NCBI GenBank assembly: GCA_024137785.1
Contig: JAHRHZ010000107.1
Location: forward strand, 1 to 64,000
Direction: 5' to 3'
DNA: 64,000 nucleotides
From: Ginglymostoma cirratum
Lineage: Eukaryota
A program made the translations under genes and the position numbers. The stretch's first letter is position 1. Every line of letters begins with the position of its first letter. Below are positions 1 to 13,440 of this stretch, piece after piece. A model generated the notes under the pieces. It was not told where the DNA came from. It searched no databases and worked only from the letters and a program-made list of their open reading frames with translations.

Positions 1-750
1 ATAAATGTGAGGTGTTGCAGTTTGGTAAGGCAAAAGATGGCCGGGCTGATACAGTTAATACAGTAGGACCTCGGGGAGTGTTGTTGCACAGAGGGGCCGA
101 AAGGTTCAGATATATAGATCCTTGAAAGGAGACGAGGTGGGGAAGAGAATTGGGGCAGGCTTGCTTTCATCTGTCAGAGGATTGAGTTCTGGATTTGGGA
201 CGTCAAGTTAGTGCTGGACATGACATTGTTGAGGCCATGTTGGAGTTCTGCACACAGTTCTGGTCATCCTGCCAATAGGAAGGACATTATGAAACTGGAA
301 ACGCAGGAAACCAAGATTTAAATGATATTACCGACACTGGTGAATTTCTCTCCCTAGAGCGTAGAAGGCTCAGGAATGAACTTACAGAGGTTCATCAATC
401 ATGAAGGACATAGATAAGATGTATAGCCAAGCGCTTTCCTCCAGGGTAGGAAGGCCAATGTTCGTGGGCACAAGTTTACGGTGAGAAGCGAAAGATTTAA
501 AAGGGATCTGAGGGGCAACTTTTTCATGCAGATTTGGGTCCTTGCTTGGAAAGAACTGCCAGAGGAAGTGTCAGAGACGAGCACTATTACGACATTTAAA
601 AGATATTGGAGAGGGATATCGTTTGGAAACATTTAGAGGGATATGAGCCAAATGCAGGCCATTAGGAGTGATTCCGCTTAGGAGCCTGTTGGCATGGAGG
701 GATTGAGCCAATGCGTCTGTTTCCATGCTTTATTAGTTTATGACTCTACT
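1..750 (+). mobile_element. CR1-clade LINE (HER1-like), decayed 3' end
   Basis: Typical CR1 ORF2 C-terminal DNA (tgtgaggtgttgcagtttggta; gggatctgaggggcaactttttca), ending in a tatgactcta-type tail. Frameshifted. Confidence 0.8.
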
Positions 751-779
751 CATCGGAGTAAAGATGATCAAAAAATTTC

Positions 780-1680
780 ATTAGCTTTGTAGCATGTGGC
801 CAGCAGTTATTTCTCGTCCCTAGTTGCTCTTGAGAAATTATTTTCTTGAACCGCTGCAGACCACCTCCTGTGAATTGACCCACAATGCCATTAGGGAGGG
901 AAGTTTAGGGATTTTGACCCAGCGACTGTGAAGGAATAGTGATATATTTGAAAGACACGATGGAGAAGTGCTTGGAGTGGAACTTACATTTGGTGATGCT
1001 TTGTATCTGCTCCTCTTGTCCTTTGAGATGGAAATGGTCGCAGATTTGGAAGGTGCTGTCTGGGAATCTTTGGTGAATTTCTGCAGTGCTACTCCTGAAC
1101 GTCAGTGGTGGAGAGATTGCATGCTTGTGGATGTAATGTCAATCAAGTAGGATGCTTTGACCTGGATCATGTAGATCTTCTTGAATGCTGTTGGAGCTAC
1201 TCCCATTCAGGCAAGTGGGGAATATCCATCATACTTCTGACTTGTGCCTTGATGATGATGGGCAGCCTTTCGGGAGTCAGAAGGTGAATTATTGTCCGCA
1301 GTATTCATAGTCTCTGAAGTGCATTTGTGGTCACGTCCTTGGTGTGTCCAGTTATGTTTGTGGTCAATGAAAACACCCAGGATTTTGACAGTGGAGTATT
1401 CAGTGATGGGAACATCATTGAAAATCAAGCGATGGTGGTGAGATCGTGTTTTCATTGCTCATAGCCTGGCATTTGTGTGGCGTGAATATTAATTGTCACT
1501 TGTCAGCCCAAGCCTGCAAACTGTTCAGATCTTGCAGCGTTTGAATTAGGACTGCTTCAGTGTCAGAGGACTGGTGAATGGTACCGAAAATCATGCAAAC
1601 ATTGGCGAATATCCTCACTTCTGTCCTTCTGATGGAGGGAACGTCAGGATGGATGGACCAAGGACACTATCCTGATAAAC
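780..1680 (-). mobile_element. L2/CR1-group LINE 3' fragment
   Basis: Minus-strand translation ILGVFIDHKHNWTH resembles the LINE motif ILGVTIDQKLNWTSH. The same family recurs throughout the window. Confidence 0.65.
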
Positions 1681-2224
1681 AATTCCCACTTAATCACGGC
1701 ACATGTAATTTTCTCAATTAAGTTCAATAATTTTAATACAGTTATTTCCCTTTCATGACACCTAAATGAATGCCTGGCTGTACTTGACGTTGCTAACTGC
1801 ATTGCTATATCGCTTTGGTAATGTCTTCTATCACCTTCGCGGTGATAAATGTAAAGCTAATTGGGCTGGACTTTCCTATTTCGTGTGCATTTCATCATCT
1901 TATTCCCTTGTACGCAGTACTGCAAATATGGACTTCCCAATTTGTTATGCAGCTCTACTTTAACGTCCAACTCGTGTACTCATCGCTCTGACTGATGGAT
2001 ACAGTTTTGACGATCGTGTTCCTCATCATCCTGTCTATCTGTGAAGCCTCTTTCAAGGATTTACGCATCAGAAAACTAAAGTCTCACTGTTCGATAACAT
2101 TCCCAGTGCTGTTTTGTCTTACCAAACTACAACACCATGCATGTATCTTAAACTCCATGTGACAGTCCTCGGACCACTGGTCCAATGAATCAAGGTCCCT
2201 TTGAATTCTTCGATGGAATTACAG

Positions 2225-5200
2225 AGTCATGACTTTTCATGACATGAGTTATGAGAAATGCAATAAGGAAACAGGTCCTTCATTCCAACTTGTCCGTGCC
2301 GACAAGATGTCCTAAACAAATCTAATCTCACTTGCCAGCATTTGTCCCATATCCCGATAAAGCCTTCCTATTCATATACTCATCCAGATGCCTTTTAAAT
2401 CTTGCAATTATCCCATGACTCCAACAGCTCATCTGGCAGCTCATTCCAGACATGTATCACCCTCTGCGTGAAAAAGTTGCCCCTGAGTTCCCTATTAATA
2501 TTTTCCCCTCTCACCTTAAACCTATGCTTTCTAGTTTCTGACTCCTCCACCCTGGGCAAAAGATCTTGTCTATTTACCCGATCCATGCACCTCATGATTT
2601 TATAAACATCTATCTGGGCACCCCTCAGTCTCGAAGTGTCCAGGGAAATTAGCCCCAGCCTATTCAGACTCTCCCTGTAACTCCAACGCTTCAACCCTCG
2701 TAATATCGTTGTAAATATTTTCTGAACTGTTTCAAGTTTCACAACATCCTTCCGAAAACAGGAAGGCTAGAAATGCATGTACTATTCGAATTGTAACCGA
2801 ACCAATGTCCTGCACAGGTGTAACATAACCTCCCAACTCCTATAATCAATGCACTGACCAATAAGGGCAAGCATACCAAACGCATTCTTCATGATCCGAT
2901 CTACCTCTGAATCCACTTTCAAAGAACCATGAATCCGCACTCCAAGGTCTCTTTGTTCAGCATCACTCCCCATGACCTTACCTTTAAGCGTTTTACTCCT
3001 GCCCTGATTTGCCTTTCCAAGTGCAACAGCTCACATTTGTCTAAAATTAAACTCTATCTCCCACTCCTTGGCCCATTGGCTCAACTGATAAAGATCCCGT
3101 TGTACTCTGAGGTAACCTTCTTCGCTGTCCACTACATCTCCAATTTTGGTGTCGCCTGCAAACTTACCAACCACACGTCCTAGGTCACATCCAAATAATT
3201 TCTATAAATGATGAAAATCAGTAGACCCAGCACATATCCTTGCGGCACACCACTGGTCACAGATGTCAAATCTGAAAACCAAGCCTCGATTACGTTTAGG
3301 AAAGGGGAAAAGTTGTCAAAGAAAATCCCTGATATTCACTGTATAAGTGACAAGTAACAGTTTATTTATTTATTTAACCCTAACTGAGAACATAATTACT
3401 GTAAAACTGAACAATTGCCCCTTAGCCCCTCAGTATTCCCTAATTTATCGAATTTCTACTGATATGCCATTCCAATAAACACAAGTCCCATTTATGTAAA
3501 CCAAGTAATAAGCAAAAAATTAAAGCTTAGCCTCTCAAAGTCCACACAGAATGTATGTTTCGGGATGCTCTGCCTTCTCCACTCTCTCTCCAGTCATCAA
3601 AGCTTTTTTTTCTGTTGTTCTCAAGTCATAAACACCTTTCTTGCGCTGGTCCGTCTGCCAGTGATGTTTTCTTTGTGAAGACTCGTAGCTAGAAGTGCCA
3701 CGATGGTACCTTTTATATGTAGATACTACTTTCTTCGAGGGCTGAACAATTTCTTATGGCAGCTCGAGGCTTATTTCTCAGATGGCTGCTCTCTCTCGCA
3801 CTGATGTTCAAAAACCCTCTCCTTACATACTTTGAATGCCATATCAATTTTCTTGCAATAACACTGGTCCAATATTCAAAACTATCAGATTTAATTCAAT
3901 TGGCTTTCAGTTGCTAAGTGTTTGCTTTAAATGAATTGGTAGATTCCAACTCGTTGTCAAATATTCAAAACAAGCCTGAGGATTCCATTCGCACAATCAA
4001 TTGATTCATGTTGCCATTTCAGAACTGGCTGTACATCTTCACCTGCACACAGACACTTCTTTTTCTGTTTAAATCTCCAAGCTCAGAAAAGGTTTTTATG
4101 TCTTCAAGGGACCGTGCACTGTTCGCACTTACTCTTTTTTTAAAAAAGAAACAAATTCTAGCTTCCTACCTTCCAATTCGCGATTATTCCACACAACTTT
4201 GTAACAATCATCACCCTCTGTCTTCTACCTTCAAACTAGTTCTTTATCCAATTGGTTAGTTCTTCCTGTATTCCATTTCATCTAACCTTGTGAACCAGTC
4301 CACCATCATAACCTTTTCGACTACCTTACTGAAGTCCATATAGATCACATCCACCACTGTGCACTCATCTTCATTATTTATTCAAAATATTCAATCAAGT
4401 TAGTGAGACACGATTTCTCATGCCCAAAGCCAAGTTGACTATCCGTAATAAGTCACTACCTTTCCAACTATATGGAAATCCTATCTCTTAAGATTCCTTC
4501 CAACAACATGCCCACCATCAGTCTCAGGCAATCTGCTCTATAGATCCCTGGACTTAATCTCATCACCTTTCCTAAATGTTCGCCAACCTCCAGGATTCTG
4601 GCACCTTACCTGTGTCTTTCGATGACACAATTATCTCAACAAGGAACCCATCAATCACTTCTGTAGCTTCCCACAGAATTCTAGAGTACACCTGATCAGG
4701 TGCTGGGGATTTATTCACCTTTATGCATTCTAAAACGTCCACCACTTCTTCCTCTGTGATATGAACTTTTTTGGGGGAATGTTGCTCTGTAATCACCCAT
4801 GTTCTCTACCTTCCATATCCTTATCCGCAGTAAATGGTGATTCAAATACTCGTTTAGTACCTCCCCCACATCCTGCCATTCAACACAAAGGTGGCCTTGC
4901 TGATTGTTCATGAGCCCTATTCTCTCTCTCGCTAAAGTTTTGTCCTTAATGTATTCGTAGAATCCCTTTGGCTTTTCCTTAACTGTGTTTGCCAAATCTA
5001 TCTCATGTCCCCTTTTTGCCCTCCTGATTTCCCTCATAACCATACTCGTGCTAGTTTTCCTGTTGTGGGGATTGTATACCTGACATATGCTTCCTTCATT
5101 TTCTTAACCAAAGGGTCAATTTCTCTCGTCTTCCAGCATTCCCTGTTCTCACCAGCCTTTCCCTTCACGTGGACTAGAATGTATGTTTTCCGAGGTCTCA

Positions 5201-5560
5201 TTGCCTCTTTTTTTTAAAGACTTCCATATTTTCTAGCCGTCCCTTTAGCTGAGAAAATCCGTTCCCAATCAATTTTTGAAAGTTCTTCCTAATTACATCA
5301 AAACTGAGTTCCCTCAAATTTAGAACTTTAACTTTTAAATGCGGTCTATACTTTTCCATCACTACTTTAAAACTAATAGACTTATGGTCACATGCCCCAA
5401 AGTACTCCCCCACGGACACGTCTGTCACCTGCCCTGCCTTATTTCCCAAGAGTAACTCAAGGTTTGCACCTTCTCTACGAAGTACGTCAATATCCTGAAT
5501 CGGAAATTTTTCTTGTAAATATTCAACAAATTCCTCTCCATTCAAGCCCTTAACATTATG
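2225..5560 (-). mobile_element. CR1-clade LINE ORF2 remnant (endonuclease/RT), interrupted by an LTR-like insert at ~3288-4206
   Basis: ORF-track peptides NLELLLGNKAGQV..CDHKSISF, KSPAPDQVYSRILWE..KVPESWRLAN, QRDLGVRIHGSLK and RGNFFTQRVIHVWNELP are all CR1 ORF2 segments, in the expected order. Confidence 0.88.
3288..4206 (-). mobile_element. Probable solo LTR inserted in CR1
   Basis: Host CR1 is contiguous across it (tctgaaaaccaagcctc | atcatcaccctctgtcttctacc). Ends are (t)tacg... and ...tgtaaca, giving a TGTTAC start on the minus strand. Minus-strand AATAAA at ~3361-3375. TSD not resolved. Confidence 0.55.
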
Positions 5561-5569
5561 ACCCCACTA

Positions 5570-6549
5570 CCCAGGTCATTTTAGCCTCCCCACCCTTATC
5601 TGACTTCTGGAATGTCCGATTTCTCTGTGACTCCCTCGTCCATTCCATACTCCACACTAGCCCAACCACCCCTGGCACTTTCCCCTGCAACCGCAGAAAG
5701 TGCTGCGCCTGCCCCCACATGTCCCGCCTCACCCACATACCAGTACCCAAGAAAACTTTCAGCACTGAACAGATGTTCACCTGCACATCTGCTAATGTGG
5801 TATATTGTATCCGCTTTTCGCGATGTGGCCTCCTCTACACCGGGGAAATGAAGCAGAGGCTTGGGTACCACTTTCTGTAGAACCTACGCTCGGTTCATGG
5901 CAAACAACGTCACCTTCCAGACATGAACCACTTTGACTCCGCCTTCCACTCCTTGGACGACATTTCCATACTAGGCCTCCTCCAGTGCCACAATGATGCC
6001 TCCTGAAAGCTTGAGGAACAGCAGTTCATATTTCGCTTGGGACTTATGCAGCCCAGTGGTCTCAATGTGGACTTCATAATCTTCAAAATCTCCCCACCCC
6101 TGACATCATCCCAAGACCTATCCAGCTCGTTCCCGTCTCCTTGACCTGTCCGTCTTTTCTCCCACCTATCCGCTCCCGCACCTCACTGACGAACCACCAC
6201 TCCCAACTGCACTTCCTACCTACTCGCCTCATCCCTGCCTCCTTGACCTATCTGTTTTCCCTCCCACCTACCCGCCCCTCACTTCCAACTGACCAACCCC
6301 TATCACAACTCCCTATCTGCACTCAGCTTCACTGACTCCATCGCGGCCTCCTCGGCCTGTCCTTCTTCTCTCCACCTATTTCCTCCTTTGTCAACCTTCC
6401 ATCATCGTCTCCCTCCTCTCTATTTATGTCGGAGCCCCCTTCCCCTCCCCCATTACTGAAGAAGTGTCCAGACAATGAACGTCCGCTTTCCTGCTCCTCT
6501 AATGCTGCCTGGCCTGTTGTGTTCATCCAGCTCTATACCTTGTTATCTT
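5570..6549 (+). mobile_element. Penelope-like retroelement 3' part (GIY-YIG endonuclease remnant and pLTR)
   Basis: DNA encodes FTCTSANVVYCIR..RCGLLYTGEMKQRLG (GIY-YIG type), followed by a C/T-rich tract, a CTGAAGAAG..GAACGTC motif and the family terminus tgtgttcatccagctctataccttgttatct. Confidence 0.8.
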
Positions 6550-6589
6550 CATGCAAAAGAAATATAGTTCACGTCAGAATGCTCAGTGG

Positions 6590-7920
6590 CTCGAGGGCGA
6601 CGTTGCAGGTGGTCATCTTCCCATTTATCATTTTCCATTGACCTGGTAGGGAGAATAAGCGTTTGTTTCAAAAGTGTTTTCAAGCCATCCTGTACAATTT
6701 ATACAGAGCCCTTGGTCGATAATATATCATGTTATCATTGAGATTTGTTGAATGAGGGAATGGTGCTTGTAAATATGTTGCCAATCAAGTAGGTTGTTTT
6801 GTCCTGGATGGTGTCAAGGTTCGCGAGTGTTGTCAGAGCTTCGCTCATCTAGACATCCAGGGAGTGCTGCAACAGACTCCCGACTTGTACCTTGTAGAAA
6901 TGTACAGTCGTTGGTGAGTCAGGAGGTGAGTTAGTCGATGCAAAACTCCAGACACCTGACCACGTCTTGTAGCTGTCATATTCACGTGGCGAATCCAGGT
7001 AAGTTTAAATGATTAATGGTAACTCGCAGAATTTTGACAGTGTGGGATTCAGTGATGAGAGCACTATTGAACGATAAAGGCCTGGGCTATATTGTGCCTT
7101 GCTGGAGATTGTCATTTCCAGTCGCTTGTGTCGCTCAAATGTTCCTGCCATTTTTCAGCCTCAGTCTGGATATAGATCATGCGTTGCTGTATTTGGACTT
7201 CAGTATCTGAGGAGATGCGAATGATGCAGAACATTGTACTTTCATCGGCGACTGTCCCCAGTTCTGAGCTTACAATGGATGGAAATGATTTGATGAAACA
7301 GACGAAAATGATTTGTCCGAAGCCACTGCCCTCAGGAATTCCAGCAGTGATGTGTGGTGGAACCTCAACCATCTTCCTTTGTACCATGCATGGACTTCAA
7401 CAAGTGCAGAATGTTCCCTCTGATTAATATTGAATTCAGTTTTGCTCAGGATCCTTGAAGACACACTCGGTCAAATGCAGCAGTTCTGGTTTTCTGCTGT
7501 TTTGTCCATATCTGTAACAACCTGTGATCGGTGTGGGAATTTTGTGGCAGTGGCAGAACCCAAAGTGGGCATCAGTGAGCAGGTTATTTCTTAGTTAGGG
7601 ATGCTACCTTTTAGCAGTGTCCATGATGCCTTCATTACTTTAATGATGGAAGGTATATTGATTGTGTGGGAACTGGCCAGTTTAGATTTGTTCTGCGTTA
7701 TGTGTTCAGGCAATTTTCCAAGATTTTCGCATAGATGCCAGCGTTATAGCTGTACTGGAATAGTTTTCCTCGGGGTGTGGCAATTTCAGGAGCACAAGTC
7801 TTCAATGTTGTTGCTGGAGAATTGTTAGGATCCACTGCCTCAACAGTCTCCAATGGGCCTGAACCGTTTATTGTTTCCACATGGAGTCCATTGATTTGGT
7901 TGAAGACTGGCATATGTGAT
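6590..7920 (-). mobile_element. L2/CR1-group LINE RT remnant
   Basis: Peptide ITAGIPEGSGFGQIIFVCFIKSFPSIVSSELGTVADES is a degenerate GVPQGS..FINDLP..MFADD RT core. Confidence 0.7.
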
Positions 7921-7964
7921 AAAACCCGAAAGAACTGCGAATGCTGTAAATGAGGAATATGTGA

Positions 7965-8970
7965 AGTTGGTGACTGTGAATGGTGTTGTGACTTAGTGGT
8001 CGGTGCTGGGCCGATTGCTGTTTCTTATCTGCACCGATGATTTGAATAAGAATGGACAATGCATGATTAGTAAGCTTGCGGATGACACGAAAATAGGTGG
8101 TGTTGTGGACAGTGAGGAAGGTTATCAGAAATTGCAGCAAGATCTTAATCAGCTGGGGGAGTGGGCTGAGAAATGGAGTTTAATACAGATAATTGTGAGG
8201 TGTTGCATTGTGGAAAGTCAAATCAAGGTCGGAGTTTCATGGTGAATGGTAGGGTCTGTAGGAGCGCAGTGGACAGACAGACCTTGGAATGAAGATGCAC
8301 GATTCTCTGAAGGTGGAGTCCAGACAGATAGGGGAGTGAAGAAGGCATTTAGCACACTGGCCTTCATCTGTCGGGGTACAGAATGTGGGAAGTTATTTTG
8401 CAATTTTCCGGGATGTTAGTGAGTCTGCTCTTGGAATATTGCGTCCAGTTTTGATCATCTGACTTTAGGAATGATTTATTAAACTGGAAAGAGTGCAGAA
8501 GTAATTTGCGAGAATGTTGCCAGAACTCAAGGGACTGACTTATCAGGAGACGTTGGGCAAGCTAGGAGATTTTTTTTGAGTGCAGGAGACTGAGGGGAAT
8601 ATTATAGAAGTGTATAAGACCATGAGAGGCATGTATAGGATGAATCCAATCAGTCTTTTTTCCCAAAATTAATGGATTCGACGAGATGGCATCAGTTTAA
8701 GGTAAGAGGGGAAAAGAATATATGGGAAATTGAGGAGCAATTTTTTTTTTCACAGATGGTGGTACGCATATGGATTGAGCTACCAGTGGAAGTGGTTGAG
8801 GCAGGTACGTTAACATTTAAAAAACATTTTTGATTAAGTCATGGATAGGAAAAGTTTAGAAGGATATGGGACAAGTGCAGCAAAATAGATTTAGTGTGAA
8901 TGGAAATTTTAGTCGGCACGGACCCGTTTGGGCCGAAGGGCCTGTCTGTCTGCCGTCGGACTCTATGATT
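7965..8970 (+). mobile_element. CR1-clade LINE 3' portion
   Basis: ISKLADDTKIGGVVDSEEGYQKLQQDL..WAEKW (RT FADD region). 3' end gggccgaagggcctg...ctctatgatt. Confidence 0.85.
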
Positions 8971-9244
8971 CGATGGTGACCTCTGGAGTAACAGGGAGCA
9001 TCCACTTTTTAGATTTCACGATACACCCATGGTTATAGCTATCTGCTTCTCCAGTCCATTTTGTTCACAAGAACTTTCCAAAACCAACATGGATGTGACA
9101 ACTATTGTGCATTCAAATGAAGCTTCAGATTATCTTGTGGTCTAACCTAACACGTGAAAAGAGCTTGAATTCAGTTCTGTGTCATCCCTTTGGTCTTGGA
9201 CTGCAGGTTGAATATTGATCATTAATAATTTTGGCCCAAGGGTC

Positions 9245-9420
9245 TAATATAGAGTGATAGAGTCGTACAGCACGGAAACTGACCATTCTGTCCATCCAGT
9301 CCATTCTGACCATGGGCTTATTCAAATGTCTTTTAAACATGTTAACTGTACCGCATCCATGACCTCCATTGGAATCTCATTCGACACACGAACTACTTTC
9401 TGTGTGAAAAATTAAAAGTA
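9245..9420 (-). mobile_element. Short CR1 3'-tail fragment
   Basis: atagagtgatagagtcgtacagcacggaaac tail, shared with other CR1 ends in the window. Confidence 0.55.
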
Positions 9421-10469
9421 TTCAAATCTTCAACGTGAGTGGAAATACAGTTTTCTTTTCTCTGCGAGAGGGCTGTGTGTTGTACTGAACAACAATTGAC
9501 CTCTCATCTTTGGGTAAAACGATATATTTGAATCAAAAATCAAATCTAACAATATATATATTTCTGACACTTCTCACCTTTTAACTTTTTAGTAGGCACC
9601 TGGGCACATCTGGACATTATTTTCTTGTAAATCCTGACCACATTCTCTGTCAATAAGCCTTCAGCAGAAATACAGAGTTTAAACTATTTAAATATTCAGG
9701 TCGCAACATTTATAACAGACCGTAATCTTTATTCTTGCAATGCAACAAATCAGGTGTGATTGCACATAAATGTATATCTGCTCTCTCTCCCACCAGTTCT
9801 TCATTGCATAATCTTCTGTCCAGACACATCATGTTGCATGTGTTAGTACACGTAGTCCAGATTTCCGTAACCTCCCCGTGTCATTCAAATTTACCGTGTT
9901 CCAAACATGAAAGGCAAACAAACGTCAATTGACTGTGTTGCCCTACCCTTCAGTATTTAGATCACTCTTAGGTATTTTTTAAAATCTATGCATTTCCAAG
10001 TCCAAAGTAGCATAAATCTCTATCTCTATCTCTCTTTTTGTTATTCTTTCACGTGCAGACACTCTAAATCTCTACACTATTTTATTTAATGGACGGATCT
10101 CTGTTTCAACTATCTCTATCGATTCCTTTTAAAATATTTCTGCTGTTATGTTTCCTTCCAGCCTTGTGTCACGATACAAATTAGATTCCATTTTCTACCT
10201 GAAAGGTAGGAAATTCATTGCAGACACAAGAATCTATTGGTACTTATTCGGCAGTTTCGATGAAAAAGTATTGAACTCTGCAGCGTTTACACACACCCAA
10301 ACAACAGTTTAAACCTGGAATGTTGACAGTGAGGCATTCAGTGATGGCAATAGCATTGAATATCAAGGGGTGATGATGACATTATCTCTTGCTGGAGATG
10401 GCCATTGTCTGGCGTTTGTGGCGGGAACTTAACTTGTCAATTGTCAGCCCAAGCTGACAAGCGCAAGAT

Positions 10470-11495
10470 ACTACATTAGACTCATCACCCACACTTCTGC
10501 ACTCATGCTTTCTCTTCCCTCCTGCAAAAGTGACAGGGTTCTCCTTGTCCCTACCTACCATCCCACCAGCAACCAATATTCAGAAAATCATCAGACGCCA
10601 TTTCCAACACCTCCAGCGAGATACCACCACCAACAATATATTGCCCTCCCTTCCCTTGTCCGCCTTCCACAGGGACTGCTCCATTCGGGACACCCTGGTC
10701 CAATCTTCCTTCACTCTCAACTCCCCACCCCCGCCCCCCACAGCCCCACGGCACCTTTCTCTGCAACCACCGAAGATGTGGCGCCTACCCATTTACCTCC
10801 TCCCTCTCCAGTATCCAAGGGCCCAAATGTACTGCCAGGCAAAGCAGCACTTGACGTGCACTTTTCAGAGTCTAGTCTACTGCATTCATTGCTCACAATG
10901 TGGTGTCCTCTATATTGGAGAAATGAAGTATAGACTGGGTAACTGCTTCACAGAATATCTACGTTCATCTCGCAAAAAGACCCTGAGCTTGCAGTTGCCT
11001 GCCACTTTAACATACCACCCTGTTCCCTGGCCAATATCTCTGTCTCAGATTTGCTGCAGTGTTCCAGCGAACCTGGAAAACAACACATCATTTTCCACTT
11101 GGGGACCCTGCAGCCCTCTGGACTGAATACTGAGTTTAGTAATTTTAAGGCCTAAACTCTCCCATGTTTTATCCCTCTACCCCACACACCAGGCCTTGTT
11201 ATCACATCGTCGGCCATTACACACTACCTATTTCAGTCATGAACCGTCCCCATTAACAACGATTCTCCCTATCAACTCCTTTGTCCATCCAACTGCACTT
11301 CTCTCTATTTTGGCTCTGTCCCCGAATAAGGTTTAGTCTTTACTCCTCCTCCTCCCTCTCTTCTGCATATAAACCAACATTTGGCTTGCTACCATTAGTT
11401 CTGCGGAAGGGTTACTGGACACGAAATTTTATGTCTGATTTTTCTTCACAGGTGCTGCCAGACCAGTTGAGCTTTTCCAGCAACCTCTGTTTTGT
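10470..11495 (+). mobile_element. Penelope-like retroelement 3' part (GIY-YIG remnant)
   Basis: ORF 10530-11126 includes IQKIIRRHFQHLQRD..PLSAFHRDCSIRDTLV and LTCTFQSLVYCIHCSQCGVLYIGEMKYRLG (VY..YIGE GIY-YIG signature). pLTR-like end at ~11400-11495. Confidence 0.85.
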
Positions 11496-12949
11496 CCCAA
11501 GAGTCGATACAGGTGTTGTTCCATTTTGGATGTGGATTGCTGATGTTGAACATCGTTCATTTTATTACTTTTCAGAACCATCAATCTCTGTCAATATGAG
11601 AGTTGGGGAAGAGCAGCCAACGAAATACAACGGAAGTCAAAAAAACGTGCTAATCTTTATTTCTCTACTACCTTCACGAAAGACAATTGTTAAGACGCTG
11701 AGTGTCAACGAACAAATTCAAGACCACTCTCACCTCGCATCCCGACCTTCCGCCCGGTCCCCACCACAACCGCCAAAGGCGGATCATTCTGTCCACTAAC
11801 TGCATGCGCGCAATAAGGCCAACAGGGGGAAGTAAAGTACAACCTGTGCACACGAGCCAAAAGTTTTCCGTCATTCCAATCGATTCGTACGAATTGGGGG
11901 AATCGTGTTGGTACCTGATTACAATCTTGGAAAGCAAGTTACGTACCAAAAAGCAAAGTTGCATACGTGGTGTTGCTCGGGGTAAAAGATCAGGCTATTA
12001 TTGCCAGAAAAAAGAACATGCCACGTTGTTGTTTCATTTTGAGAACTTTTTTCACATTCTCCTTAAATATTTTATCGTGGTTTCACCTGATGGTAGACTA
12101 ATATTAGAAGTAAAATAACACGAATTATTCTTAGTACTATCATTTCATTACTGGTGTTGCACTATTTAAGAACAAGAAAAGAAATGGAAAGAATTCGTGG
12201 CGATTTTTCAGTCAGGAAAGATTAGATGTTTTTCAAGATTTTGGCTGTGTATACATTGGTATATCATTGGTGAAGACTTATTCCTGACAGCCCTGTCGTT
12301 CTTTTTCCACCAATTGCAGTATTAGACGATTATTGTATGAAAAACAAAAGTACCGTTGTGACATTTCCAGAAATAAATAATGTATTCCGCAAAGAATTAG
12401 CTTGATGAATATTTCATCCTCCCGCTGTCGGGCCAAGTCATGTTGTGTAAACACGGAGAAGTCAACTGGACAGCAATGTTAAAACGTGAGGTGCAGCATG
12501 GTAATTTATTGTAGCTTTCCTGCCTCTGTAAAATGCGTGTGTACAACACAAATGTCAAAACAATATGTCGATAAATATGCAATTGCATGCTCCTCAGATC
12601 CGATCATCACGACAAGGCTTTGCACTGAACGATGAATACTTTCCGGTTTGTTCAGAGTTTTCAGGAAACCAGCGGGCTGCTCAGGGAAGCTGCATGCGAC
12701 TGATTGTAGCATAAAATACTTAGATGTTTCTGAATATTTGGAAATTACTACCACAGCCGGGTTTGGAAGCTGACTATTTGACAATGTTTAAAGTAAACTT
12801 TGACCGGTTTCTGATTGCCAGTGGTGTTAAAAGTTATGGGGATATGTAGCATTGAGTATTTTATCAAGCACATGCGGATTAAATAGCGGAGCAGGTTCGT
12901 CGGGCTGAATGACTTATTCTGTTCTTATGCTCCTAAATATTGCTTAATC

Positions 12950-13440
12950 TGTGGATTGGTGGATCTATTGGTGGCTACAACCTACTGGCCCACCTTCTTT
13001 GCACTTCCTCTGCGCTTTGTCTCTTCAAAATAAAGGGGATCACATGATGAACAGGCGAACAGTGCACGAGGTTGAGAGAAGTGCAAGTAATTCGTTACTT
13101 CCTCCAGAAAATGTATCTGGAATCTTCGATAGTGAGGAGGATGGAGATAAATTGGTAAGTGTCGTACCTTCTGAGATTGCATGGGAAGATGCCATGGGAT
13201 GTGGGGAGATGTTGGGATTAGAAGAGGAGTGGACCAGGATGTTCAGGAGAGAAAGGTCCCTGCAGAAGGCTGACAAGGGAAGGGAGAGGAATATGTGCCT
13301 GTTGGTAGTATCCTTCTGGATTTCATGGAAACTAGGGGTTCTGATCCCTCCAATGCGGATGCAGCTGGATGGAGAGTGAGGACCAGTGAGACCTTATCGG
13401 TATTGTGTATTCTGAGAGCCTAAGTGTGGAAAATTGTTTC
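12950..13440 (-). mobile_element. Penelope-like fragment
   Basis: Minus-strand SAFCRDLSLLNILVHSS matches the SAFHRDCSIRDTLVQSS segment of the 10.5 kb copy. Confidence 0.65.

Noticed and set aside
11281-12118. ORFs of 172 and 138 aa
   Set aside because: Partly Penelope 3' sequence, non-ATG starts, no domain similarity or splice structure recognised.
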